NCBI RefSeq assembly: GCF_018350175.1
Contig: NC_058368.1
Span: forward strand, 71,054,001 to 71,118,000
Origin: Felis catus
Taxonomy: Eukaryota
Direction: 5' to 3'
Length of the DNA: 64,000 nt
Shown here: one piece after another, positions 1 to 11,539 of the stretch
Numbering within the stretch: position 1 is the first letter of the stretch
Layout of the letters: the number at the start of each line of letters is the position of its first letter
Position numbers and translations under genes: made by a program
Notes under the pieces: generated by a model
What the model was told of the DNA's origin: nothing
The model's input: the letters and a program-made list of their open reading frames with translations, nothing else
Database searches by the model: none

Positions 1-150
1 CTTCCCATAAGTTTCTTTGAAAAGGTTAACTAAATCTGAACTGGCTTTTGCATCTGTAAAACAGAAAGTACCATGCCCTCCCTCCTGCAAGTGAGAAAAT
101 GTGTTTGAAATGTTTTGTAAAATCATAAAGTACTATTTGATGAAAATCTC

Positions 151-188
151 TCTTCTTCTTCTTCTTTTTTTTTTTTTTTTTTTTTTTG
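151..188. repeat. (CTT)n plus poly(T) tract
   Basis: Direct reading. Confidence 0.9.
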
Positions 189-956
189 TAATGGGTCTTC
201 CTGATAAGATTGCATGCCTCCAATTTTTAGTTTGGAAATGAATATTATAGGCTTTCTAAGGACTATGGTTAACTAGAGTATAGGCTACAGTTGCTGAAGG
301 AATCTTCATATTTCCTCCTCAAGGGAGAATGAACATCCTTCCCCTAACTCCAGCACCCTCCTCTGGTGCCCAGGTCAATCCATCTACCATGGTCCCACTC
401 AGAAACAAAGCTGGACCAGGCCAGCTCTTAGCTTTCCCATTGTTGGATCCCCAGATCACGCTTAGAGGGAAAATGCCCAGAATAAAGAAAAGGAACAGGT
501 TGTTCAGCCTTTTCCCCTCAGAGTCCAAGAAGGAGCAAGTGTTGGGTCTACCAGGGCATGCGGCAAGAACAGAGGGATTCCAGTGGGTTCCAGTCCAGCT
601 TCATCAAGCAGAGGCTGTCTTATGCCTTGTCGTATGGAAAGTCAAGCAGCTGATGAGTAACAGAACCAGCAGTCATCCCTATTAATTTGGCTGGATTAGG
701 CTTCCTTTTCCTAATGCTAGAGAATCCCATTCAGCCATAGACAGATGCAGTATCTCATACTGTGGTCCTCCATTTTGCTTGACTTGTTGAATCACTGGTG
801 ACCAGAAGCGTGCAAGGCTTTTGCAGAACAGAGAAAGCCAACCCCACTGGTTTGTCTCTACTTGCTATTCCCAGTCTCTCCCCGTGCCCCCCCCCCCCCA
901 AGTGTGACCAAGGACACACCTTGGTCCTTTGGCATACCTGACCTTCTAAACCTGAC

Positions 957-1022
957 TTTTTTTTTTTTTTTTAGAGTGAGACAGGAAGTGCGTGTGCACA
1001 AACAGGACAGGGGCAGGGAGGT

Positions 1023-1064
<42 letters not shown>

Positions 1065-1189
1065 ATATCCCAAGCAGCCTCCATGCTGAGCATGGTCCCA
1101 CACGGGGCTCAATCCCACAACCCTGGGATCATGACTTGAGCCGAAATCAAGAGTTGGACACTCAATTGACTGAACCACCCAAGCACCCC
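957..1189 (-). mobile_element. Can-SINE (tRNA-derived carnivore SINE)
   Basis: tRNA-like head, (CT)n, A tail on minus strand; TSD aaacctgacttt / aaacctcacttt. Confidence 0.92.
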
Positions 1190-1589
1190 AAAACCTCACT
1201 TTAAATGTACCTATTCCTTGAAGTCCTTCTCTGACAAGACCACTTCCATTTTGATGGCTCCGTTTCTCTGTAGCCCCTCAGTCTTTAAGTGCTACAAATG
1301 TGACAGACTTACTTGCACTTTAACTGTTAAGACATATGCATGAGTTAACCTGACCCCAACCCAAGATCACATTTGTTGAGGTAAGTCACTGTGTCCTACT
1401 GGAGTCTAAGCAAGTGTTAGCTAACTTACCAGTGGTATTACCAGACCAGGAGAAGGTCATGTGGCATAGAAAGATGCTTGCAGATGAAGGAGAAGAAATG
1501 GGTAAGATAGATAGCATCTTCCCCTATCACCCTCCCCTCAGTCATCCAACTTGAGCCCCACCAAAGAGCCAAGCTCCACTTGAAACCAT

Positions 1590-2305
1590 GTTTTGAGTAC
1601 TGGGTTCTGGGGATTGAAAGATGTATGAGACATGGCCCCTTCCCTCAAGAGTCTCACAGCTTACTGAGAAAGATAGCAGTGTAAACAGATCATTACAATA
1701 GAGTGTGACAAGGGTTGTAATGAGAAGCTGTATAGAGAAAGGAAGGTGAGGGGTGCCTGGCTGGCTCAGTCAGTAGAGCATGTGACTCTTTTTGTTTTTT
1801 TTTTTTCTTTAAGTGAGCTCTATATCCAATATGGGGCTTGAGCTCATGACCCCAAGATCAAGAATTGCATGCTCTACTGACTGAGCCAGCCAGGTGCCTG
1901 GAGCCTTGAGTTTTGAACTCAGGTTGGTGGGTTTGAGCCCCAAGTTGGGTGTAGAGTTTATTTTAAAAAAAGGAAGGAGAGATCAGTCCTACCAGGGAAG
2001 TCTGGAAACGCTTCATAGACATGACATCTGACATTTTGAAAGATGAAGAGTGTACAGGACAGACAAGGAGAGGTGCTTCAGAGCAGAGAACAGAGCATAT
2101 GGGAAAGGTACAGAAGAGTGTGAGTGTGTGGGTGGATAGGTGGGTAGACTGGCAGGAGACAAGGCTGAAAGCAGAGGTAGGGTCTAGTCTCCTCATGGGG
2201 AGCCCTGGTCAGGAGATTGCACTTGATTTTGTAAGTCCAAAGGGAACCACAGCCAGGTTTAAGCAAATGGATGATCCTGTCCAGTATTTTAGAAAGATAA
2301 CAACA
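1590..2305 (-). mobile_element. Degraded L2 LINE fragment interrupted by SINEs
   Basis: Resembles antisense L2 3' region (ccctcaagagtctcacagc..., ttttagaaagataac). Confidence 0.55.
1750..1968 (+). mobile_element. Short (old-type) Can-SINE with a nested antisense copy at ~1789-1899
   Basis: Head ggggtgcctggctggctcagtcagtagagc breaks at ~1790 and resumes at ~1912; outer TSD aaaggaaggtga / aaaggaaggaga. Confidence 0.88.
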
Positions 2306-3029
2306 TGATCCCCATTAGGAAGGTGCTCCTTCCCAGTAAGTATCCCAGCAGTCTCTCAGTAAGACCTCCCCATGGGGCTGTGGGTGCCTGACAACCAAAC
2401 TAACATCCTTAAAGGAATGTCATAACTGAGTCATGAGGAAACCAAGGCCATAATAGGGCCTCTCCAGGGTGACTCTCTCCAGGACTCTCCAGGGTGATAG
2501 GTTGAAAAACTGGAAAGAAAGAAGAATGAAACAGTGTCCGTCAGAATACCTCAGTGGAGCATCACCCTCTGCCTTTTTGAGGAGTAGGGAGGAGCAGCTG
2601 ACTTTGTGAGGGAGGAAGAGCTAATCACAGGCCATGCTGGGCCTCCCAAGATTTAAGCAAATAGAGGGCACAACCAAGATCTTGAAGAAAAATTTCATAA
2701 TGGCCAAGGCTGACAAAAGTTTTAGGAATTTACTGGAAACTGCCAAGGTAAGTGTTTCACTGGGCATTAGACTTAGAGTCATGCAGGAAGAACGTCCTCC
2801 TGAAAAGGACTGTGACAGCTGTACTCAAATGTTCTCACTTGTGCCAGTGGAGCACCACCATCACTGGAATGTCAGAGGGAGCTCCCTGGATGCTCAGAGA
2901 TGTGATTTGGAAATAAAGTGAGTAGGAAAAGAATTAGATCAATTTGTATTTCTAGTAAATTACCCTAGAGAAAATTCAATACTCTAGAGAAAACATTCTC
3001 GAGTGTTAAGTGCCAGAAATCAAAATGTC

Positions 3030-3254
3030 GGGGCGCCTGGGTGGCTCAGTCGGTTGGGCATCCGACTTCGGCTCAGGTCATGATCTCGCAGTCCGTGAGT
3101 TCAAGCCCCGCGTCAGGCTCTGTGCTGACAGCTCAGAGCCTGGAGCCTGTTTCAGATTCTGTGTCTCCCTCTCTCTCTGACCTTCCCCCATTCATGCTCT
3201 GTCTCTGTCTCAAAAATGAATAAACGTTAAAAAAAATTTTTTTTTAATTAAAAA
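3030..3254 (+). mobile_element. Felid Can-SINE (SINEC_Fc-type)
   Basis: Full head ggggcgcctgggtggctcagtcgg, body, tail; perfect TSD aaatcaaaatgtc. Confidence 0.95.
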
Positions 3255-3451
3255 AAATCAAAATGTCTGAATGTTTCCTATAAATGTGATCACTGTTGTC
3301 ATCACACCACCATCATCATCAACACTTTTGCTTTCAAATTGTAAGTCAGATTCTCCCCCATGAAGAACTTCCAGGTCTGGTAAAGTTCATGTTATCTCAG
3401 TGCCTGCCTTACCAACAGGGAATGACTGAGTTGTTAGAAAAACTATAGCCC

Positions 3452-3678
3452 AGGGTGCCTGGGTATAGCAGTCAATTAGTTCAGCATCTGACTCTTGATC
3501 TCAGCTCAAGTCCTGATCTAATGGGTTCATGAGTTAGAGCCCTGCACCGGTCTATGTGCTAACAGTGCAGACCCTGCTTGGGATTCCATCTCTCCAACCC
3601 TCTCCCCCTCCCCCACTCGTGCGTGTGCGCTCTCTCTCTCTCTCTCAAAATAAATAAGTAAACTTAAAAAAAAAAAAC
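3452..3678 (+). mobile_element. Can-SINE
   Basis: Diverged head, (CT)n, A tail; TSD aactatagc. Confidence 0.9.
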
Positions 3679-4145
3679 AACTATAGCTAGCCCAATGGTT
3701 ATTGTTTTCTGTGCTATGCAGATAACATGCATGCTAAGGTGATACTGTCCTTCACTTCGAGGAGCCTGAAACCCTAAACATGTGTATAGTAAAATGTGCC
3801 AAAGTGACTGACCAGTGATTTATTACAACAAATAATAGGTAATCGTTGACTAAAAGCCCACTGCATACAGTGCTCCATGGCAACTCTAACAGGAAATGCA
3901 TGACGTGTGCTAGGTATACAATATCGTATCCGTGTGAATAGTGCAAACTGGCAAACATGATCCTGAATGGATAAGAAGGGCAGTCACTTCAGACCCAGAG
4001 ATCTCTCTGTGCTCTTCACAGTGGCCTTTTCTCTAATTCTTGTTGCATTTTATGGCACCTGCTTCTTCTCTTTCCTGTCTCCCCCAGCACACTGCTCCTT
4101 GAGGGCACGGATCAGATCGTATCCATATCAAAGTGGGCCTGTTTC

Positions 4146-4335
4146 TTTTTTTATAACAATTTTTTTAAACTTTATTTATTTATTTTTGAGAGAGAATCCC
4201 AAGCAGGCTCCACACTATCAGCACAGAGTCTGACTTGGTGCTCAAACCCACAACTGTGAATCATGACCTGAGCCAAAATCAAGAGTAGGACACTTAACTG
4301 ACTGAGCCACCCAGGTGTCTCAGCCTTGTTTCTTT

Positions 4336-4386
<51 letters not shown>

Positions 4387-4583
4387 CTTTTTTTAAAATG
4401 TTTATTTTTGAGAGAGAGAGAAAACACAAGCAGGGGAAAGGCAGAGGGAGACAGAATCCAAAGCAGCCTCCAAGCTCTGAGCTGTTAGCGCAGAGCCCAA
4501 TGGGGGGCTTGAACCCATGAACTGTGAGATCACGACCTGAGTGGAAGTTGGATGCTTAAATGACTGTGCCACCCAGGTGCCCC
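4146..4583 (-). mobile_element. Two Can-SINEs (4146-4320, 4388-4583) separated by (TG)n at 4338-4385
   Basis: Two minus-strand heads and tails; flank gcctgttt recurs at 4137, ~4323 and 4585. Confidence 0.9.
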
Positions 4584-4616
4584 AGCCTGTTTTTAAGCAG
4601 GGGAACTAAAACACCG

Positions 4617-4795
4617 AACTTCTCTAACTTGAATGTGCTTCAGAACCATGAGAGGATTCCTGGCCAATCCTTCACCCACCAGCCTTCTGCATCAAACCAT
4701 ATAGGATCAGACCCTATATGCATTTTAACAAGCCACGTCCCCTACCATCCCTGTCAATAATTCTGATCCAGTTGGTCAGGAGAACACTTTTCAAT
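4617..4795. mobile_element. MER5-like hAT-Charlie DNA transposon relic
   Basis: Similarity to recalled MER5A consensus (cttgaatgtgcttcagaa..., tgcattttaacaag..., ggagaacacttt). Confidence 0.55.
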
Positions 4796-4814
4796 CGATA
4801 AGCTTAAGGTATAA

Positions 4815-5292
4815 TCCTAGAGCACAGGCTTTGGACCAGCTACAGCTAGCTGTTATCCTAGTCCTATACTCACTGGCCACCGGGCAGGCATCTATAAGTT
4901 TTTTAAGTTCCTTGTGCCCCAGTTCCCTCAGTTATAAAATGAGGATAGATATGAAACTTAATAGAAATGAAATGAACAGTGGCTGCTGGGGATGGGAGAA
5001 GTTGTCAATGGGGACAGAGTTTCAGTTCTGCCGGATGGAAAATTTCTGGAGATCTGTTGCACAACAATGCAAATATACTTAACACTACTAAAGTATATGT
5101 TTAAAAATGGTTAAGATGACAAATTTTATGTGTTTTTACCACAATTAAAAAGAGAAAGAAATTTTTAATGGGGTTGCATAATAGTATTGACTTCACACTG
5201 TTATGAGCGGTACCTGAATAAAGCATGTCAAGTCTCTGACATAGTCTCTGATCTAGCAACTGCTCAAAAAATTACAGCTATTATTATTGTTG
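4815..5292 (+). mobile_element. MIR interrupted by an L1M 3' end fragment (~4955-5165)
   Basis: MIR core (cagttccctcagttataaaatgagga; agctattattatt) around L1 3' end motif (tttaaaaatggttaagatg...ttttaccacaatt). Confidence 0.7.
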
Positions 5293-6799
5293 TAGTCGGC
5301 AAGGTAGTTCAAGTGGTTAACTATGAATAAGTTACTATTAAAGGCATTTTAAACCTAATGAGAGTCTGAATCTTCAAGCTGATGGAGGTTCTCTATACTT
5401 TTTGAAATAGTGTGCTAATTTCTCAGGAAAGCACCAGGCTGGGAAATGGAAATTCATCTATAATCACTCATTAAGGACTGTTTCAAACCCTCCCCACAGA
5501 CCCAAGCAACTTTTGACAGACTGCATTTTTCCAAATCCTGACCAACAGACCATTCACATTTCACATGTAGAGCCTTATGTTTTAAAAAAGCCAACCATAT
5601 GATAGGTCAATATGTGAAAGCAGGACGGTATTCATTTTGGTAAACTAATTCTTAACACTAAAGTCCTCAATTTGCAGAGATAAAGAAAACAAAGCACAAA
5701 AATGTTGAACTTTGTTTTTCAGCTTAAGCTTAATGAAGTCAAGCAAAATCTGCCACTGTAAAAGGCTCTCCATGAAATACTTTGCGTCTTTGATGTGCGT
5801 GTGGAACCCAAACAGATTTGGGAAACATGGCATAAGCCCAAGGCCGTCATTTTGATTCTGTGTGCATTGTTTTGATTTCATGTGCATCTATTCTAATTTC
5901 ATCTCTCCAGCCTATTATTTAAACCTTAGCAGGACTGATGTGCTGTTTTACAGGGGCATAATCCACTTGGTGGTCAGATAACCAGGAGGCCTTCGGTCTT
6001 CATCACTTACTCCAATGAGAAAACTAGACTATTGCCTTGTAAAACAGCATGAGTCCCACACCCTGATGTCACATGCTATTCTAACCCACGGAACATCCCT
6101 GGAACTTCTAATTGAATTCATAAAATTCATCACGGTCACAGAGATGACCAAAATTAGCTCTAGGCTGAATGAAATTAGGCAAAAGTCAGTCTGGAGATAT
6201 AAATAGTAAAAACGAGAGGGTTAGAAAATGACTTCAGATACAGGATTTTAGGCCAACACAGGTGTTCGTAGGAATCAGATTCTAAGGCTGAGAAGGTTAG
6301 GTACCACTGGTTAAACCTCTAATCCCATTGGCTTTTAAATCTCTCTTGATTGAAAACTAAATTCCAAAGTCATTGCTAAGGATCCCCTACCACTTTTTAA
6401 ATCTCCATTCTGTGTATAACTCTTGTAATTATGGGAGATAAGGGTTTCCAGAGAGACCAGAAGAGCCATTCCAGAACTTCTGAATAATGACAACATTGAC
6501 TGTTGAGAGGTGGTACTTGTGAAATCCAGCAATGGATGGCAGTATATGCAGATGGACCATCAGCAAGGATTATGATGGCTCCAGTCCACCAGCATCCTTG
6601 CCAACAGGTGGAAGGAAGGAGTCTTAAGAAGAGTTGTGATTGTAAATGGCAAAAAGAAGTGATTAAAAGAACACAAATAACCAGACATTAACTTCAGATT
6701 CTGGGCTTACTGCCTTCTGTCCATTTAATCTTTCTTTGGTGCAGTAAAGACAATTCCTCGTTACCTTAATATGGGGGTCTCTGATAAAGGCTTGAGGTT

Positions 6800-6950
6800 C
6801 TGATAACCCAGGTATTGGCTCCAGCTCTAACTTTTCCTAGTCACATGACCTTGGAAAATCACTTCCCTACTCTGGGCCTCAGTTTCCTCATGAGAACAGG
6901 ACCTAGGGCCTAGATCACATGACACATTCAATAAGTATTTGTAGAAGTTT
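6800..6950 (+). mobile_element. MIR fragment
   Basis: tgaccttggaaaatcacttccctactctgggcctcagtttcctcat core. Confidence 0.65.
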
Positions 6951-7592
6951 AAAAGAAAATGTATCTGAAAAATGGGGATACATCGGGAGATCTCAGAGAT
7001 TCTTTCCAGACTCACCATTCAACAGACCTGTGACTTCTTTGTTACAGGCTCATGTCCCTTGTCATTCTAGTCCTCTCCTACATGTGTGTACCAACAGAGG
7101 AGTCTCTTTTTATTCAGTGCAATCCTACCTTACATTTTCTCATCACATGATAATGTTACCCCTCAATTATGTTACAAGAAGGAAGCATTTTGCCATTAAC
7201 CTGATCATATAGTTATTTTTTCAAACAACGATTGGTTACCAGAGCATATTATTATTTTTAAAGTTCTAGGCAATATTTCAAAACTATATAAGGAAGTATT
7301 TGCATTTTCCTTCCATAGTTTTCTGCCTGATTTCAAGAGTTAAATGAACAGTTTCAAATACCTTGTGTGTGATGCTTTTCCCCTCCATTAAAATGCTGAA
7401 GGGCTTTTTCTCCCCCCTCTTTAGGAGAAAATCTTTCCCCTGTAATTTACTTTGGCTTTCTCAAAAGTTGGGTGGGAAAGTCAATATAATTCAGGTGGAA
7501 TCTAAAATGTTCTTGTTGTACAAGTGTGCACAGAAAGGAAGCCTATAATTTCTGAACATTCTTTTAGGAAGTTTGTATTCTCTGTTTTCCAG

Positions 7593-7688
7593 GGAGCCTT
7601 TACTTTCCAAGGGAGTATGATCGACATGCCATTACTGAAGCAAGCCCAGAACATTGTTACGCTTGCCACATCCATCAAGGAAAAATGA
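7593..7688 (+). CDS. CLYBL: Last coding exon of CLYBL (citramalyl-CoA lyase, mitochondrial; citrate lyase beta-like), C-terminal 31 aa plus stop
   Basis: Polypyrimidine tract and AG acceptor (ttctctgttttccag, ends 7592), then phase-0 frame GAFTFQGSMIDMPLLKQAQNIVTLATSIKEK-TGA, which matches the CLYBL C-terminus as I recall it. Missing from the ORF track because it is short and spliced. Confidence 0.96.
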   Translation, partial: GAFTFQGSMIDMPLLKQAQNIVTLATSIKEK

Positions 7689-7712
7689 TCTGTTAAATGA
7701 AGCTCTCATCAG

Positions 7713-8705
7713 GTGGGCTGAACATATACAGTGGGTTTCTTAAAGACAAACCATAATACTCAAGGCAACTTGTTAGTATGCCAGATTGGAACCTTTCTCC
7801 ATTTACAGTTCATGGTAATCACAATTTTTTGTTGTTGTTATCTCACTGGCCAGTTGTTCCTCTAAAAATGAACTTTCTTCTTTTTGGTTCCAAGCTTATG
7901 ATTTTATTGCTCATGAATGTGTTGCAAATATGCACTTACGATTTCACAGGGAGATAAAATCGTGGCGAGAGATGGGCTGAAGGGATGTTAGGTCTTTAAT
8001 GAAACAGATCTTTTCCGAATACGTATGCTCCCTTCACATTTCTCACATTAGATGTTTCCCCTGTCGTTCATTTGTTCACTCAACACTGTAAATAATTTTC
8101 AGGCCAGTCTTAAAAAAAAAATAGTAACTACCCAAAGGGGTTGCGTTTAGCTCCTAGAAATCTGATAAAACAAGAGATGGCATAGAAAAGTTAAGTATCG
8201 TTTTTGTTCATACAGATACCTTGTAAAAATAAATCTTCAAAACCTTACTCTTAACCTCCACCTCCCCAAATGAAACACCCATACATATGGGCTCTAGGTA
8301 AGGACTATGAAAGCCTTCATCTTGGGTGAATGCTTTGGGTCAACAGTTACCAGCAATTAAAAAAAAAAAATGTGCAGAAACACAAGACCATCTATTCTCT
8401 CCCTTAATTTCCCCATTTAACTGTTTGCCATTGAGGCCATTCCCCCCCTGCAAATGTATGGCTGGAACAGGCCCCCTCAGCAATAAACTTGTAGCCTCTA
8501 AGAAGACACAATGGGGCAGATCTGGTGCATATGGTCCCCTGCGAGATTTGCATCACATTAGAGATGCTGCTGCAGGTCATATGGGTGGTGTGGTTAACGG
8601 GCTTAGTAAAGCTGTTTTGAAGAGGTTAACCCAGCTTGTAGTAAGGGTAAATAAACATAACAACCAGCCATTCTTCCCTATTCAGCATGTGCTCTTATAT
8701 TGAAG
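7713..8705 (+). other. CLYBL: Intron within the CLYBL 3' UTR (993 nt)
   Basis: Donor CAG|GTGGGC 24 nt after the stop codon; acceptor ttatattgaag|GCTAAAGGG. The spliced join matches my recollection of the human CLYBL mRNA 3' UTR. Confidence 0.75.
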
Positions 8706-8835
8706 GCTAAAGGGTATTGAAGCTGGGAAGGATCAACTTGTGTTTGCCAGAGGACGCCAATGAAATTTGAAACACCAACAATCAGAGATTTTGTTTCTGC
8801 TCCTCATTAAATCATGCGCTTTTGTGTTGAGACTC
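8706..8835 (+). other. CLYBL: Terminal non-coding (3' UTR) exon of CLYBL; 3' end approximate
   Basis: Begins GCTAAAGGGTATTGAAGCTG after an AG acceptor; contains ATTAAA followed by T/GT-rich sequence. Confidence 0.72.
8806..8811 (+). terminator. Candidate CLYBL polyadenylation signal ATTAAA
   Basis: ATTAAA 100 nt into the terminal exon with downstream ttttgtgttg U/GU-rich tract. Confidence 0.6.
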
Positions 8836-10499
8836 TGGACGACCGTTCTTTAAGAAATTAACAGAATGGGAAGTTTTAAACTCTACACCAACCTTTTCAT
8901 GACCTACACAGCAGCAAAGCTGCTACTCTTAGACAAACACCGCGGGGAAGGCTGTTCTGTTTATTTAAATTTGTAAATAGAAAACAGTTTTTGATTTTCA
9001 TTTTTCACCTCCTCCTACCCCCTTGTTGTTTATTTCCTCCGTGGCCCCTACTGTATGCCCCAACCAGGGGTCTTCTTTGCCCCTGCCTCTTCCAGTTCCT
9101 ACAGGAAGTCCGAGAGAGAAGTAGAGTTGAAGGTTATATACAAGGAAGGGCACCGTGGAACCCAAGCAAAGCAAGAGAGGCCCACACACCATCTTGCATC
9201 ACCCGCCCACCCAGTGCATTGCAGGAAGGGGATGATTCGGTTCTGACAGGCATGCAGAAGGAACCTGACCCAGGCAGGACAGTTCTGGGGAAACACATTC
9301 TTAAAACACCCAGCTAATAATCCCAAACTTGGGACCTGAGGAGAGAGCTCTTGAACTGAGTGAGATGGGATGTGTGTGCTAAGCTGGGGTTCTGACCTGC
9401 GATGGGCTGCGTGTCTCCTCTCCTTGGTGCACCCCTCCCCCCAGCCCCTCCTGGGAGCTTTGTTACCCTTCACCTTGGTCATCCTGTGCCGCCCCAGGGT
9501 TAGCTGGAAAGGAAGGGAGGCACAACCCCATCCTCACGTGGAGGAGCAGGAAGGAGGAAGGTGGCATCTCAGCCAAGGAGATGGGAGAGTGGGAGGTGGG
9601 AGATGACTGGCATGCAGCCAAACCAGGCTTCAGGCCTGCGGACAGAGGCAGTGGGCAGAGTGACCCCGGTGGCAGCACCCATCACCACCACCAGCGTTGC
9701 AGCTGTGCCGGCCTAGGCTGGTAGTCACGTGCGCACCGGGAGATCCGGGACCACCAGCCAGGTTCTGCCCCTCCCCTCAGAACACACAGACACAGGAGGA
9801 CTGCTCAGAAGGCAGAAGGCAAGGGGAGACCTCCTCTCATCCTGACCTGTTGCACACACACACCTCCTCCTCCCGGTGTTAGAACTGCCTTAAACATAAG
9901 AGGGAAATAAAAGCCTTCCTTCAGACTTCCCTACAGGCAGCCCCCACTTCAACCCAATTGCCCTTCCCATCCTCCTGTGTTGGTGCAGATAACCAGTCCG
10001 GGCTTTGACAAGATGAAAGAGCAGACATTCTACTCTCCACCCCAGTTACACAGGCAACCCCCAAACCCTACAGGGGGGCCTCCTCAGGCGGGGGCTCAGA
10101 GAGGCAAGCCCTCCCTCTCAGGGGACCTCAGATGCCATGGTGAAGGCATTCGGACCTTGGGAAAAGCAGTCCCCTCAGCAAGGTCTAGACGCAGCTAGGA
10201 CTCCCCACCCCCATCACCAGCAGCCCCGTGGGTTCCTAGGTCCCCCAACCATGTTGGATTGACTGGTCACCACACCCTTTACCTGACACCCAAATGTCGC
10301 ATTTATCATCTCACTCATAATCCCGTGGTCTGATTATGGTAGGATGGTGAGACTAGGACCCACTTGCGCCAGAAGTCTGGACCAAGGTCCTGCTCTGAGC
10401 AGAAACCCTAAGGAGAGCCCCGGAAGAGGCTTTAGTCAGGGTCAGGGACCTTGCGGGGGTTCCTCCAGCTAGGAATGGACTACAAGAGGACCTTGCAAC

Positions 10500-10990
10500 C
10501 ATCTGATTAATTAAAAACCATACCTGTTTATGTTTTGTATAGCTCATCACAGGCTGCTTTGCCATATCACCCCCTTGTTATTAATTCTTGGGGGCTAAAT
10601 TATGGATAACACTATTAAAACATTATCAGAACTAATGAGAAACAATTACTTAGAAAATGAGCCAGGACAAGATTGAGTTGAGAACATCAGTGGTGATCAC
10701 CGTAGATTAGTTTAATAAATCATCAGGTGCAAGGCAGGGCTGACTGTATGTATGCAAAGCCCTGTCACGGGAAAATGAAATTGAGATTTTTTTTTGCATA
10801 ATTTTTTCATTAATCTCAATAGGACCCGTGTGGTGTAGATTGTTTTATTCCCCTAATACCTTGCCCGAGGGAGGGGGGTGCCCAATAATGTCTTCATTGT
10901 TTTACTGAGGTCTTAATGACAATCTGTGACAACCTCATTTTAATGTATAGAGGATTATATCAGTACAATCATGTTTTATTGAAATGGTGA
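10500..10990. promoter_or_regulatory. Candidate conserved non-coding enhancer
   Basis: Repeat-free AT-rich block with many TAAT cores, PBX-HOX-like ATAAATCA (10715-10722) and SOX-like AACAAT/CATTGT; conservation inferred, not measured. Confidence 0.5.
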
Positions 10991-11539
10991 GGGAGACTCC
11001 GGTGGGGTCAGGCACTGTCTGTTAGCACAGGATGGGAATTTCCTCGGGAACCTGGGTTCAGTTCCCTTAAAATTTCCAAGTATAGATCCGCTGGCTGCCC
11101 TTAGGTCCTCTCCTCCGGGGACAGGCTGGGAAAAGCTTCCTCAAGAAGAATTCACCGCCTCCTATTTGAATGTGAAAGTAGCTGCTTGCATGGCATATTT
11201 TGCAGGGTAAATGGAACACACCATGTAGGATTTTTTTTTTCCTTTTCTAAAATATACCTGTTATTATTATCATTAACACATTAGCCCCTTAAGAGTTCTG
11301 CCCTAGTTCGGGAAAATGACCTTCACTGGAGACCTTAGATTTTCTAACGATGTCTTAAGAGGATAAAAAAGAATACATACTTTTTAACTTGAAGGATATT
11401 CTGGCCTTATGGTTTCCGTTAATCTTTAAAAGCTAAATGTCTTCCGTTTTTGTTTTTGTTTTGTTTTGTTTTTTACTTCTAGTACTTGGAAGGCAATTGA
11501 TGGTACAAAACAGGTTATAAGATTATCAGCAGGATGTTG

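Larger units (their letters stand above)
1..7592 (+). other. CLYBL: 3' part of the CLYBL intron preceding the last coding exon
   Basis: I could not find the expected preceding coding exon (ending ...EHQQLGK) upstream; sequence is repeat-rich and ends in a canonical acceptor. Confidence 0.8.

Noticed and set aside
2458..2500. Short repeats of ctctccagg(gtga)
   Set aside because: Three copies of a 9-13-mer; local slippage, no CRISPR-like spacer structure.
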